34,775 nucleotides of DNA, taken from the NCBI GenBank assembly GCA_039589155.1, contig JBDHHX010000001.1, positions 1-34,775 of the forward strand, read 5' to 3'. Below the pieces are notes generated by a model. That model ran no database searches and had not been told where the DNA came from. It was given only the letters and a program-made list of their open reading frames with translations. Below are positions 16,793 to 24,778 of the stretch, in pieces. The stretch comes from Gemmatimonadota bacterium (GTDB lineage Bacteria; Gemmatimonadota; Gemmatimonadetes; Palauibacterales; KS3-K002). Position 1 is the stretch's first letter; each line of letters begins with the position of its first letter. The translations under genes were made by a program, and so were the position numbers.

Positions 16793-18652
16793 TTACCGAT
16801 TACCGGACATTGCTTCGAAGACCTCGAGGGAGAAATCCACTTTGCCGAACGGCGCACTAACCTGCACGCCCTGCACGTGTGGCTCGAGCTGCGCCACCAT
16901 CTCACGAGCTATCAATAGACCCTCCGCCATGCCGGCTTCCTTGCCCACGTCACTGGCGACGCGCATGCGCTCGAGCACGTGGTCGGGTACCTCGACGCCT
17001 GGCACTTCGTTGTTCATGAACTCGGCGTTGCGGTAAGAGACCAACGGCCAGATCGCGGCGACGACCGGGATGCGCACGTGATCGATGCGCTCCAGGAATC
17101 CCAAGAACTTCTCCACGTCGAAGATCGGCTGCGTTATCGCGTACTGCGCGCCGGCATCCACCTTCCACTCGAAATGGTGGATCTCGTAGTCGGGATCGAT
17201 CGAGGCATGATTCACGCCCACGCCGTGGTAGAAGGCGGTGGGCGCTCCGATGGGGTTGTCGCCTGGATCGAGACCTTCGTTCATCTTACGCACCAGGTTG
17301 GTGAGACCCACCGAGTCGATGTCGAAGACCGCCGTGGCTTCGGGATACGGACCCATACGCGGCGGATCGCCCGTGATGATCAGCAGGTTGCGCAGGCCCA
17401 GCGCGTGTGCGCCCAGAAGGTCGCTCATCATGCCCAGCAGGTTACGATCGCGGCAGCAGTAGTGCGGTATCGTCTCGATGCCGACCTCTCGCTCGATGAT
17501 GGCGCAGCTGGCCAGTACACCCATCCGCATCATCGCGCGCGGCCCGTCGGGCACGTTTACCGCATCGACGCCGGCTTCCTTGAGCTTGCGCACTTTCTCG
17601 ATGACGTCGTCCGGCTCGCCGCCCTTTGGCGGCAAGATCTCCACGCTGGTCACCGGGATGCCCGCAACGATCTTGGCCGCAAGCTGCGATCGCTGGGCCA
17701 CAGGAACCTGCTTGACGGCCGTAGTCGCCCTGCTCTCGGCCTCGCGCACCGTCTCGGCCACTACCGTGCGCCGCCGCGGCCGCAGCGCGCGCACCTGGCT
17801 GGCCATAGCGGCGATGTGCTCCGGCGTCGTACCGCAGCAGCCGCCGACGAAGCGGACGCCAGCCTGGATCAGCCGGCGCGTATACTTGGAGAAGTACTCC
17901 GGCGAGGCCATGTACATCTTGCGGCCTTCGATCTCCCGGGGCAGGCCGGCGTTCGCCATGGCCGAGAGCGGCCGGCTGGTGACCTCCGCCATTATCTGGA
18001 TCGCCTTCAGGATCATCGCTGGGCCGACGCTGCAGTTGAGCCCGATCACATCGGCGCCGAGTGCGTCCAGGTCTCGTCCGATTCGCGCTGGGTCGACGCC
18101 ATAAACCGTCTCGCCGCCGACTTGAACGGTCATTTGGGCGACGATCGGCAAATCCGCCGCCTCGCGGCAACCGAGGATCGCCTGCTCGATCTCCGACAGG
18201 TCGCTGAACGTCTCCACGATGAAGAGATCGGCACCGCCGTCGGCCAGCGCTTCCGCCTGCTCGCGGAAGAACTCACGCGCTTCCTCCCGCCCGGTCGGCC
18301 CGTACGGCTCGATACGAATGCCCAGCGGTCCGATAGAGCCCGCCACGTATAGATCATCGCCGGCGACCTCGCGTGCCAACTCGGCCGCCCTTCTGTTGAT
18401 CTCGTGAACCCGATTGCCGAGCCCGTGCTGGTCGAGCCGTACCCGGTTGCCGCCGAAGCTGTTGGTCTCGAGGATCTCCGCTCCCGCCTCCTTGTAGGCG
18501 CGGTGCACTTCGCGGACCAGCTCCGGTCGCTTAAGGTTCACCTCGTCGTAGCTGACGTTGATGAACACGCCGCGCCGGTACAGTTCGGTGCCGAGCGCGC
18601 CGTCGAAGAGGTGCGCGCTGCCGTCGTCGATCAGCGCTCGGAAATCTGGCAT
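16793..18652 (-). CDS. yitJ: Bifunctional homocysteine S-methyltransferase / 5,10-methylenetetrahydrofolate reductase (YitJ type)
   Basis: The N-terminus has an Hcy-binding domain (LFDGALGTELYRRG...GLNCSVGP...GGCCGTTPEHI) and the C-terminus has a MetF domain (VEILPPKGG...HYCCRDRN...ITGDPP...). The ATG at 18652 (MPDFRAL) is preceded by GAGAGGA. The track start at 18676 is a TTG inside the terminator U-tract. Confidence 0.85.
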   Translation of the reverse strand: MPDFRALIDDGSAHLFDGALGTELYRRGVFINVSYDEVNLKRPELVREVHRAYKEAGAEILETNSFGGNRVRLDQHGLGNRVHEINRRAAELAREVAGDDLYVAGSIGPLGIRIEPYGPTGREEAREFFREQAEALADGGADLFIVETFSDLSEIEQAILGCREAADLPIVAQMTVQVGGETVYGVDPARIGRDLDALGADVIGLNCSVGPAMILKAIQIMAEVTSRPLSAMANAGLPREIEGRKMYMASPEYFSKYTRRLIQAGVRFVGGCCGTTPEHIAAMASQVRALRPRRRTVVAETVREAESRATTAVKQVPVAQRSQLAAKIVAGIPVTSVEILPPKGGEPDDVIEKVRKLKEAGVDAVNVPDGPRAMMRMGVLASCAIIEREVGIETIPHYCCRDRNLLGMMSDLLGAHALGLRNLLIITGDPPRMGPYPEATAVFDIDSVGLTNLVRKMNEGLDPGDNPIGAPTAFYHGVGVNHASIDPDYEIHHFEWKVDAGAQYAITQPIFDVEKFLGFLERIDHVRIPVVAAIWPLVSYRNAEFMNNEVPGVEVPDHVLERMRVASDVGKEAGMAEGLLIAREMVAQLEPHVQGVQVSAPFGKVDFSLEVFEAMSGNR

Positions 18653-18668
18653 GGCAATGATCCTCTCT

Positions 18669-18710
18669 ACAAACAAACGCGACCCGGCTTCGCTTCGAGT
18701 CGGGTCGCGT
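18669..18710 (-). terminator. Intrinsic terminator in the yitJ leader (expression platform)
   Basis: The minus strand reads ACGCGACCCG-actcgaagcgaagc-CGGGTCGCGT, a perfect 10-bp stem, followed by TTTGTTTGT. It ends 17 nt before the ATG. Confidence 0.55.
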
Positions 18711-18822
18711 GAATCTCCATGTTCGGAGTCGCCGCGGCTGTCACTCGCTCCGCAGGCGCCCGGCTCTTTAGGCTTTTTTTAGGGTGGTTGCAAGCCGCCA
18801 CAAATCAGTCCACCGATGGAGT
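18711..18822 (-). promoter_or_regulatory. Candidate SAM-responsive riboswitch aptamer (SAM-II/SAM-V-like H-type pseudoknot)
   Basis: The RNA reads ...ACUGAUUUGUGGCGGCUUGCAACCACCCUAAAAAAAGCCUAAAGAG... (core 18766..18806). A GUGG/CCAC stem encloses a loop containing GGCUU. The 3' tail AAAAAAAGCC can pair back to GGCUU, and a U-rich strand lies upstream. This layout resembles the SAM-II consensus as I remember it. The class was not verified by a covariance model. Confidence 0.4.
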
Positions 18823-18824
18823 CC

Positions 18825-18852
18825 AACATACGCCTGCCCCGCTTGCCGTCAA
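18825..18852 (-). promoter_or_regulatory. sigma70-type promoter for the yitJ leader
   Basis: The minus strand reads TTGACG, a 16-nt spacer, then TATGTT. It lies directly upstream of the riboswitch-like leader. Confidence 0.45.
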
Positions 18853-18957
18853 GGTTTTGTTCGCAGCATGGCGGCTTGGCGGGACCCGCACGGCCCTTAG
18901 TAGCGTTCTCTCAGAAATGGAATTCCGATCCGAAAGCACTTGTCCGGAGGGCGTGAC

Positions 18958-20058
18958 ATGCGAGCAGCCCGTCAGCTGGTCCTAGCTCTGGTGATCCTCG
19001 CCGCGGCCACAATCTTCACCACTGATTTGCGGGGCCAGTCGCTTACCCGGCGAACCCCGAACATCTACGGCGCCTGGGTGACCTCGCCGTGGAACCTGTT
19101 CTTCGCCTTCAACCATCGGTTCCGCATAATCGGCGACGAGAACCTGGGCGACATCTTTGGCGATGCGTTCCTCAAGAACTCGCCGACGTTCAACCTGGCG
19201 CTCGGTCTCTGGTCGCCGCTGATGGCCGGCGTTCTCTACTCCAGCGAACCGGCGATCGTCAACGGTACGAAAGGGAACGAGTGGTTTCCCTACCTCAAGT
19301 GGGCGCCGCTGAGGAGAGATCACTGGTCGGTGTCTTTGTTGGGTGGTTATAACTCGCAGGCGGAAAGTGCGGACGGCGTACTGGCGGGGCAGCTCGATGT
19401 GGGCGGATTCGAGTTCCTGGGCGAGGTGCGCGGGTTCAGCGACGCGCTTCACACCGGCGAAGGGGGTCTGGCCCTGGCTGGCGGTCTAAGCTTTCGAGTC
19501 ACCGCTTACATCGCCCTGAGCGCTGACGTCGGCGGTTTCGTGGCGGGCCCGGATACTGGTGTCGCCTGGAGCGGCGGCATCGCGCTGGGCATTCCGTTCA
19601 CGCCGCACACTTTCTCCCTCCAGGTCAGCAACGCGATCGCGACGACACCGCAGCAGGCGTCGTTCAATAGCGCCGTGACGCGCGGCAGCGATCTGGTGTG
19701 GGGCTTCGAGTTCACGGTGCCGTTCAGCGGATTCGCCCGCTGGGGTCGGCTGTTCGATCCGCGTCAGACCCAGGCCGCAGACGATGGGCGCACGCCGGCC
19801 AGGGTCGCCGAGGTCGACATCAAGCGGCACGCCTTTCAGGGCGAAACCGTGCTGGTGCCGGAAGACGGACTTGTTCGCTGGGTCAACCGCGACCCGGTGT
19901 CACACACCGTGGTCGGCATTGGTGCCGAATGGAAGTCACCCGTGATCGCGCCGGGCGAGACGTACACGATACGCGTCGAGCGTCCGGGCAGGTACGAGTA
20001 CCGCTGTTCGCTTCACGACCACGAGTCGGGGTTCGTACTGGTAGAGCCGGGCGGCTAG
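18958..20058 (+). CDS. Secreted beta-barrel-like domain (DUF5777-like impression) fused to a C-terminal cupredoxin domain
   Basis: The ATG at 18958 is preceded by GGAGGG. The signal peptide is MRAARQLVLALVILAAATIF. The C-terminus ...VRWVNRDPVSHTVV...GRYEYRCSLHDHESGFVLVEP shows the His...Cys-x2-His cupredoxin pattern but lacks the usual axial Met. Confidence 0.6.
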   Translation: MRAARQLVLALVILAAATIFTTDLRGQSLTRRTPNIYGAWVTSPWNLFFAFNHRFRIIGDENLGDIFGDAFLKNSPTFNLALGLWSPLMAGVLYSSEPAIVNGTKGNEWFPYLKWAPLRRDHWSVSLLGGYNSQAESADGVLAGQLDVGGFEFLGEVRGFSDALHTGEGGLALAGGLSFRVTAYIALSADVGGFVAGPDTGVAWSGGIALGIPFTPHTFSLQVSNAIATTPQQASFNSAVTRGSDLVWGFEFTVPFSGFARWGRLFDPRQTQAADDGRTPARVAEVDIKRHAFQGETVLVPEDGLVRWVNRDPVSHTVVGIGAEWKSPVIAPGETYTIRVERPGRYEYRCSLHDHESGFVLVEPGG

Positions 20059-20060
20059 TC

Positions 20061-21317
20061 CTAACGGCTGGCGGCCGCCTCGAACCGGGCGATCAGAGCG
20101 GCGACCGCGGCGTCGGCTCCCTTGAACGCGTCGTCACCACCGGCGTTCACGGCGGCGAAAAGTCCGAGACCGCGCTCCGGCGCCAGCCACACCGACGCCC
20201 ACCACATCGTGTTGCTGCCATGGTGGTTGAGGACCCGGCCGCCGGCCCAACCGCGTGCCCCCACGCCCCAGCCCATGGCGTAGACCGATCCGGCGGGTGG
20301 TGTATGAAGCACCTGAAAGCTCGCAGCGCTCACGAGTCCGTCGACGCCGGCGGCGCCCGCCAGCTGTTCGATCATGTACCTCGCGTAGTCGGCGCCACTG
20401 CAGTGAACGGTGCCCGCCGGCCCCAACACAAGCGGATTGTCGGCGTAGGGGCCGGGCTCCACCGGCCGCCACGACCCGGCCTTACCGAGATGACCCCAAG
20501 GCTCGTCGCGGCTCGAATCGCCCGGGGCTCCGAAGCCGCACGAGCCCATCCCCAACGGCACGAACATCTCGACCGCCAGCAGCTCCTCCCAACCCAGCCC
20601 GGTCACCCGCTCCAACATCGCTCCGGCCACGATGTAGCCCGCGTTGCTGTACTGGAACTCCCCGCGCTCTCCCTCGGACGACATGCCGAGCAACTCGACG
20701 GCAAAACGATAGCGTTGAACGGTCATCGCCGCCGTGTCGGCACGCAGTGAGGCCCACGATGGGGCCCGCAGAACGTCGACCGGCAGAGCGGCCGTATGGT
20801 AGAGCAACTCTTCGAGGCGAACGTCCTCGTACTCCTCGTTCATGGTGCCCACCAGCTCGGGAAACACAGCGCCGATCGTCGTGTCCCAAGACAAGTCACC
20901 CCGCTCGACCAGCACCGCTGCCAGCGTCGCCGTCATCGCCTTGGTCAACGATCCCACGTGCCAGACATCATCTGCTGTTACCAGCTCGTCAAACCCGACG
21001 GCGCGCCGACCGGTCGCGGCCATCTCGACGATCTCACCATCGTGCACCAGTACCGCTACCAGTGCCGGTAGCTGATTGTCCGAGCGTATGGACTCAATGA
21101 CCTGCTGCAGGTTGACATCCCCGGCCACCCCGTAATCCTGAGCATGCCCGCTCTCACTCGCGACGAGCAACGCAACGACCGCCAGCGCCAACAATCCCCC
21201 GGTTCCCCGATACCCCGAATGCCAAAGTCCCCGAATCGCCTTCGACAATTCAATCAATCCAACCTCCCCAACTCCGATTATCAATTCCGGACCTCCCCAA
21301 CTCCCAACCCGGAACAC
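20061..21317 (-). CDS. Serine hydrolase / class C beta-lactamase-family protein
   Basis: Contains the SxxK motif (HVGSLTKAM) and YxN (YSNAGY). Position 21317 is a GTG start. A TTG at 21257, preceded by GGGGAGG with 5-nt spacing, gives a cleaner signal peptide (IELSKAIRGLWHSGYRGTGGLLALAVVALLVASESGHA), so the true start is probably 21257. Confidence 0.8.
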   Translation of the reverse strand: MFRVGSWGGPELIIGVGEVGLIELSKAIRGLWHSGYRGTGGLLALAVVALLVASESGHAQDYGVAGDVNLQQVIESIRSDNQLPALVAVLVHDGEIVEMAATGRRAVGFDELVTADDVWHVGSLTKAMTATLAAVLVERGDLSWDTTIGAVFPELVGTMNEEYEDVRLEELLYHTAALPVDVLRAPSWASLRADTAAMTVQRYRFAVELLGMSSEGERGEFQYSNAGYIVAGAMLERVTGLGWEELLAVEMFVPLGMGSCGFGAPGDSSRDEPWGHLGKAGSWRPVEPGPYADNPLVLGPAGTVHCSGADYARYMIEQLAGAAGVDGLVSAASFQVLHTPPAGSVYAMGWGVGARGWAGGRVLNHHGSNTMWWASVWLAPERGLGLFAAVNAGGDDAFKGADAAVAALIARFEAAASR

Positions 21318-21468
21318 TCATCCCAGGTCCGTGTAGGATAGTTGTCCCTGCCTCCCACGCTCCCCCGCATGTCACTCTAACCTTCGCAATAGCAACCACC
21401 TAGCCCCCGTCCCTGTCCCAGCGCGAGACCCCGACCATCAATTCCATGTATCGTTCGAGGAGGGAGTC

Positions 21469-21807
21469 ATGGATCTCGAGGTACTCAAACTCGCCGGCCT
21501 CATGATGGCAATCTGGATCCCCTGCTTCTGGGTCGCCATGAAGATCACACGCATCGGCGGCAACATGTTGGCGGCGTTGACGGTCAGCATCCCTTCCTTC
21601 GCCGTCGCCTATGCTGGCGGCTACTTCGGTGGGATATTCGTCGGGATCGGCGCGAGCACGATCGTGCTCTACGTCTTGACCTGCAAGCTATTGAAGGCGC
21701 CGGTCTTCCCCGATGCGTTTCTCACCGTCGTGGTGACGAACGTGCTATACCTGCTGGTCTGGTCGCAGCTCCTGATGGGCGCGGCCAAGAACGCAGCGGC
21801 GCAGTAG
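21469..21807 (+). CDS. Small hypothetical membrane protein (3 predicted TM helices)
   Basis: Strong SD GGAGGGAG before the ATG. The 112-aa protein is hydrophobic and matches no motif I recognise. Confidence 0.55.
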   Translation: MDLEVLKLAGLMMAIWIPCFWVAMKITRIGGNMLAALTVSIPSFAVAYAGGYFGGIFVGIGASTIVLYVLTCKLLKAPVFPDAFLTVVVTNVLYLLVWSQLLMGAAKNAAAQ

Positions 21808-21825
21808 CCGGCTAGCGGCAGGCGG

Positions 21826-23085
21826 CTATTGCCGTCTGAAGATCAACGTCGCGTTGATCCCGCCGAACCCGAAAGAATTGGACATCGCGAAGCCGACACC
21901 GGCCGCGCGACCTCCGCCTGACACGTAGTCGAGATCGCACTCGGGATCCGGCTCGGACAAGTTCAGCGTCGGCGGCATCCAGCCACGCTCGATGGTGAGC
22001 GCGGTGATCGCCGCCTCGATCGCACCGGAAGCGCCGAGCGGATGGCCGTAGTATCCCTTCGTGCCGCTGACCGGCACGCGATAAGCACGCTCTCCCAACA
22101 CAGCTTTGATAGCCTTCGTTTCCACTGGATCGTTGAGCCGTGTGGATGAGGCGTGCGCGTTCACATACTCCACTTCATCGGGCACGGCCGCCGCGTCGGC
22201 GAGCGCGATCTCTATGGCCCGGGCCGACTGTACGCCATCAGGCCGGGGCGCCGTCATATGGTAGCCGTCGTTGGTCGTGCCGTACCCACACAGCTCGGCA
22301 TAGATGCGCGCATCACGCTTCACCGCGCGACCCCATTCTTCCAGTACCAGTATCGCCGCGCCTTCACCCATGACGAAGCCATCGCGCTCGCGATCGAACG
22401 GCCGGCTCGCGGTGGCCGGATCATCGTTGCGCTTCGACATGGCGCGGATCAACGCGAACGCTCCGTAGGACAGCGGCGACAGCGGGCACTCGACGCCGCC
22501 CGCCAGGGCGACGTCGGCGCCGCCGTCACGAATCATCTGGAAGCCGTTGCCGATGCCCATCGCTCCCGACGCACAGCTCATCCCGTTGGTTGAGTTGGGA
22601 CCGGTGAACCCGAACTCGATCGCGATGTTGCAGCTCGTCGCACCACCAAATACGGCCAGGGCGAGCAGCGGGTTGACGGCCGCGGGGCCTTGCTCGAGGA
22701 AAACGTTGTGCTGGCTTTCGGCATAGGCGACGCCGCCCAGCGCCGAGCCCATCTGCACGGCGACGCGGTCGGACTCGAGTGACGCCGGGTCGAGGGCGGC
22801 GTCGCTCAGCGCCATGCGCGCCGTGGCCACGCTGAAGTGGCCGAAGCGATCGAGGCGCTTCGCTCGCTTGCCGTCCATGTGATCGATAGGGTCGAAGCCG
22901 TCGACCTCGGCCGCCATGCGACTGCGGAAATGGTTCACATCGAAGCGGGTGACCTCGCGGACCATCGAGCGCTCGCGTCGCAGACCGTCCCAAAGCCCCT
23001 CTGCGCCGCTGCCGATTGGCGTGATGCAGCCGATTCCGGTGACGGCGACGCGACGGCGGCCGTTGTGCTCCCTGTCATTGCTCAC
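21826..23085 (-). CDS. Beta-ketoacyl synthase (KAS I/II, FabF-like), stand-alone
   Basis: From the GTG at 23085 the protein begins VSNDREHNGRRRVAVTGIGCITPIG... The Cys-His-His triad contexts are GMSCASGAMGIG, VNAHASST and GYYGHPLGASG. The start overlaps the upstream stop (GTGA). Confidence 0.85.
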   Translation of the reverse strand: MSNDREHNGRRRVAVTGIGCITPIGSGAEGLWDGLRRERSMVREVTRFDVNHFRSRMAAEVDGFDPIDHMDGKRAKRLDRFGHFSVATARMALSDAALDPASLESDRVAVQMGSALGGVAYAESQHNVFLEQGPAAVNPLLALAVFGGATSCNIAIEFGFTGPNSTNGMSCASGAMGIGNGFQMIRDGGADVALAGGVECPLSPLSYGAFALIRAMSKRNDDPATASRPFDRERDGFVMGEGAAILVLEEWGRAVKRDARIYAELCGYGTTNDGYHMTAPRPDGVQSARAIEIALADAAAVPDEVEYVNAHASSTRLNDPVETKAIKAVLGERAYRVPVSGTKGYYGHPLGASGAIEAAITALTIERGWMPPTLNLSEPDPECDLDYVSGGGRAAGVGFAMSNSFGFGGINATLIFRRQ

Positions 23086-23543
23086 AAGAGCTCTACCTCT
23101 TTCTTGACTCCAGCCAGCGTCATGCCGGCGACATGATGGATGAAGGTCGGGCCGATGACCGCGTTTGCCGCGAACCTGCCGATGAGCGGCCAGCGCGGAC
23201 CGCGCGGCCAGTCGTGAATTATCTCGACTCGCGTGGCATCGCCCTCCCGGTGGAACCGCCACTCCACGTCCATCCCCTTCATGATTCCCGCCACGTGCCG
23301 GTATCGCACCACCGGCACGCTTTCGTCCGCCCACATCTCGCTGGCCCACCAGACCGGGTAGCCGACCGGACCGAACATTCGCCGGGCCGCCATCTCCACC
23401 AGCCCGCGGCCGAATCCGTCGCGCCGCTGGAACTGCACATAGCGGTAGTGCTCCAGTATCTCGGGCCAACGCTCCACGTCGGCGGCGACCTGAAAACAGC
23501 GCGCCGGAGACGAATCGATCGCGATCTCGTTGTGCGTGATCAT
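23082..23543 (-). CDS. SRPBCC-superfamily protein (polyketide cyclase/dehydrase / START-Coq10-like fold)
   Basis: MITHNEIAIDSSPARCFQVAADVERWPEILEHYRYV... is a typical SRPBCC N-terminal block, and the length is ~153 aa. It has an ATGA overlap with the upstream gene and a GTGA overlap with the downstream gene. Confidence 0.7.
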   Translation of the reverse strand: MITHNEIAIDSSPARCFQVAADVERWPEILEHYRYVQFQRRDGFGRGLVEMAARRMFGPVGYPVWWASEMWADESVPVVRYRHVAGIMKGMDVEWRFHREGDATRVEIIHDWPRGPRWPLIGRFAANAVIGPTFIHHVAGMTLAGVKKEVELL

Positions 23544-24778
23544 CGGTCGTACCTGTCTGACGCCAGGGCAGGCAGTAACCGCAACCAGAGTCGCGGATCC
23601 AACAGCGTGGCCGGGTGCGCCAGATCGCCTGCCGCGCGCAGCAGCCGGGCCGCGGCGTCTTCGCGACGCCCCAGGCCGCCCACGAATCGGGACATGAGGG
23701 CCGGCCGGCATATCGCCGCCTCGATGGCCCGCTGCAGAGTTCGAGTGGGGGCCAACGCTCGGCCAAGCTCGCGGCCGTACCGTTTGAAGCCGATCACCTC
23801 ACTGCAACGTTCGTCGAAGAGCGCGCCGATGGCTGACGCGGCCATCCTCGCGCTACGGATCGCCTGGTAGATCCCCTGGCCCGTGAACGGGTCGTAGTAG
23901 CCGGCTGCGTCACCGACCAACACGGCACCCGGCCCCCAGGCCCGCTGAACCGGCCGGTCGAACGGGCCCGTCACCATCACGCCCTGCTCCAGGCCCGCGG
24001 AAGATACCCGCGCCTTAACGGCTGGAAAATCATCCAGCGCGGTCGCCAGGAAAGCCGCCGCATCTCCTCCCAGGTCGCGTGCTTCCTCGCCGGGTATCAC
24101 CAGCGTTACGTTGGCGCCGCCCGTGAACGGAGCGTATCCGCACGTTCGCCTCCCCCGGACTTGCAGCTCGCCGTATTCGCCCGTCCCATTCGCCGATTTC
24201 AGGTGACCGACGATCGCGATCTTCCGCAGAATCGGGGGCCGCGCGCCAAGACCTAGACGACTCTGTACCACCGAACGAAGTCCGTCGGCGCCCACGATAA
24301 CCCGGGCGCGGAGCACGCGTACTTCCGTACCCTGGCGGATGACCACGCCGGCGGCCCGACCGTTCTCGAAAACCAGATCGAAGACCCGAGCGCCGAAGCT
24401 GGCACGGGCGCCGGCATCCAACGCCGCATCCAGCAAGGCTGCATCGAACTCGCTGCGCCTCACCGACCAACCCTCATCGCCGCCGCCGAACTCGGCCCTG
24501 AACCATCGACCGTCCGCCGCTTCGATTCGCCAGCCGCGCAGCGCCATCGGCGTCAGGCGCTCGCGCAGTTGCCCCGCGAGGCCAAGCGCCTCCAATTCCT
24601 TCACCGCACCAGGGTTCACGCAGTCGCCGCACGGCTTGTCACGCGGGAAAACCGCGCGCTCCAGCACGAGAACGTCCCGGCCCTGGCGAGCCAACTCCAG
24701 CGCCGCAGTCGCGCCAGCGGGCCCGCCGCCCACAACGATGACCTCGACGTCCCGTTCCCTCCTCACGGTCGCTTCCAT
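23540..24778 (-). CDS. FAD-dependent oxidoreductase, geranylgeranyl-reductase / UbiH-like flavoprotein family
   Basis: From the ATG at 24778 the protein begins MEATVRRERDVEVIVVGGGPAGATAALELARQGRDVLVLE (GxGxxG dinucleotide fold). It also has CGDCVNP and a GDAAGYYDPFTGQGI motif. Confidence 0.8.
   Translation of the reverse strand: MEATVRRERDVEVIVVGGGPAGATAALELARQGRDVLVLERAVFPRDKPCGDCVNPGAVKELEALGLAGQLRERLTPMALRGWRIEAADGRWFRAEFGGGDEGWSVRRSEFDAALLDAALDAGARASFGARVFDLVFENGRAAGVVIRQGTEVRVLRARVIVGADGLRSVVQSRLGLGARPPILRKIAIVGHLKSANGTGEYGELQVRGRRTCGYAPFTGGANVTLVIPGEEARDLGGDAAAFLATALDDFPAVKARVSSAGLEQGVMVTGPFDRPVQRAWGPGAVLVGDAAGYYDPFTGQGIYQAIRSARMAASAIGALFDERCSEVIGFKRYGRELGRALAPTRTLQRAIEAAICRPALMSRFVGGLGRREDAAARLLRAAGDLAHPATLLDPRLWLRLLPALASDRYDR

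Noticed and set aside
16979-18352. 457-aa plus-strand ORF
   Set aside because: It is antisense to the yitJ homologue, Arg/Asp/His-rich, and has no recognisable domain.
19698-20750. 350-aa plus-strand ORF spanning the cupredoxin/serine-hydrolase junction
   Set aside because: It overlaps two well-supported convergent genes and is extremely Arg/Gly/Pro-rich.
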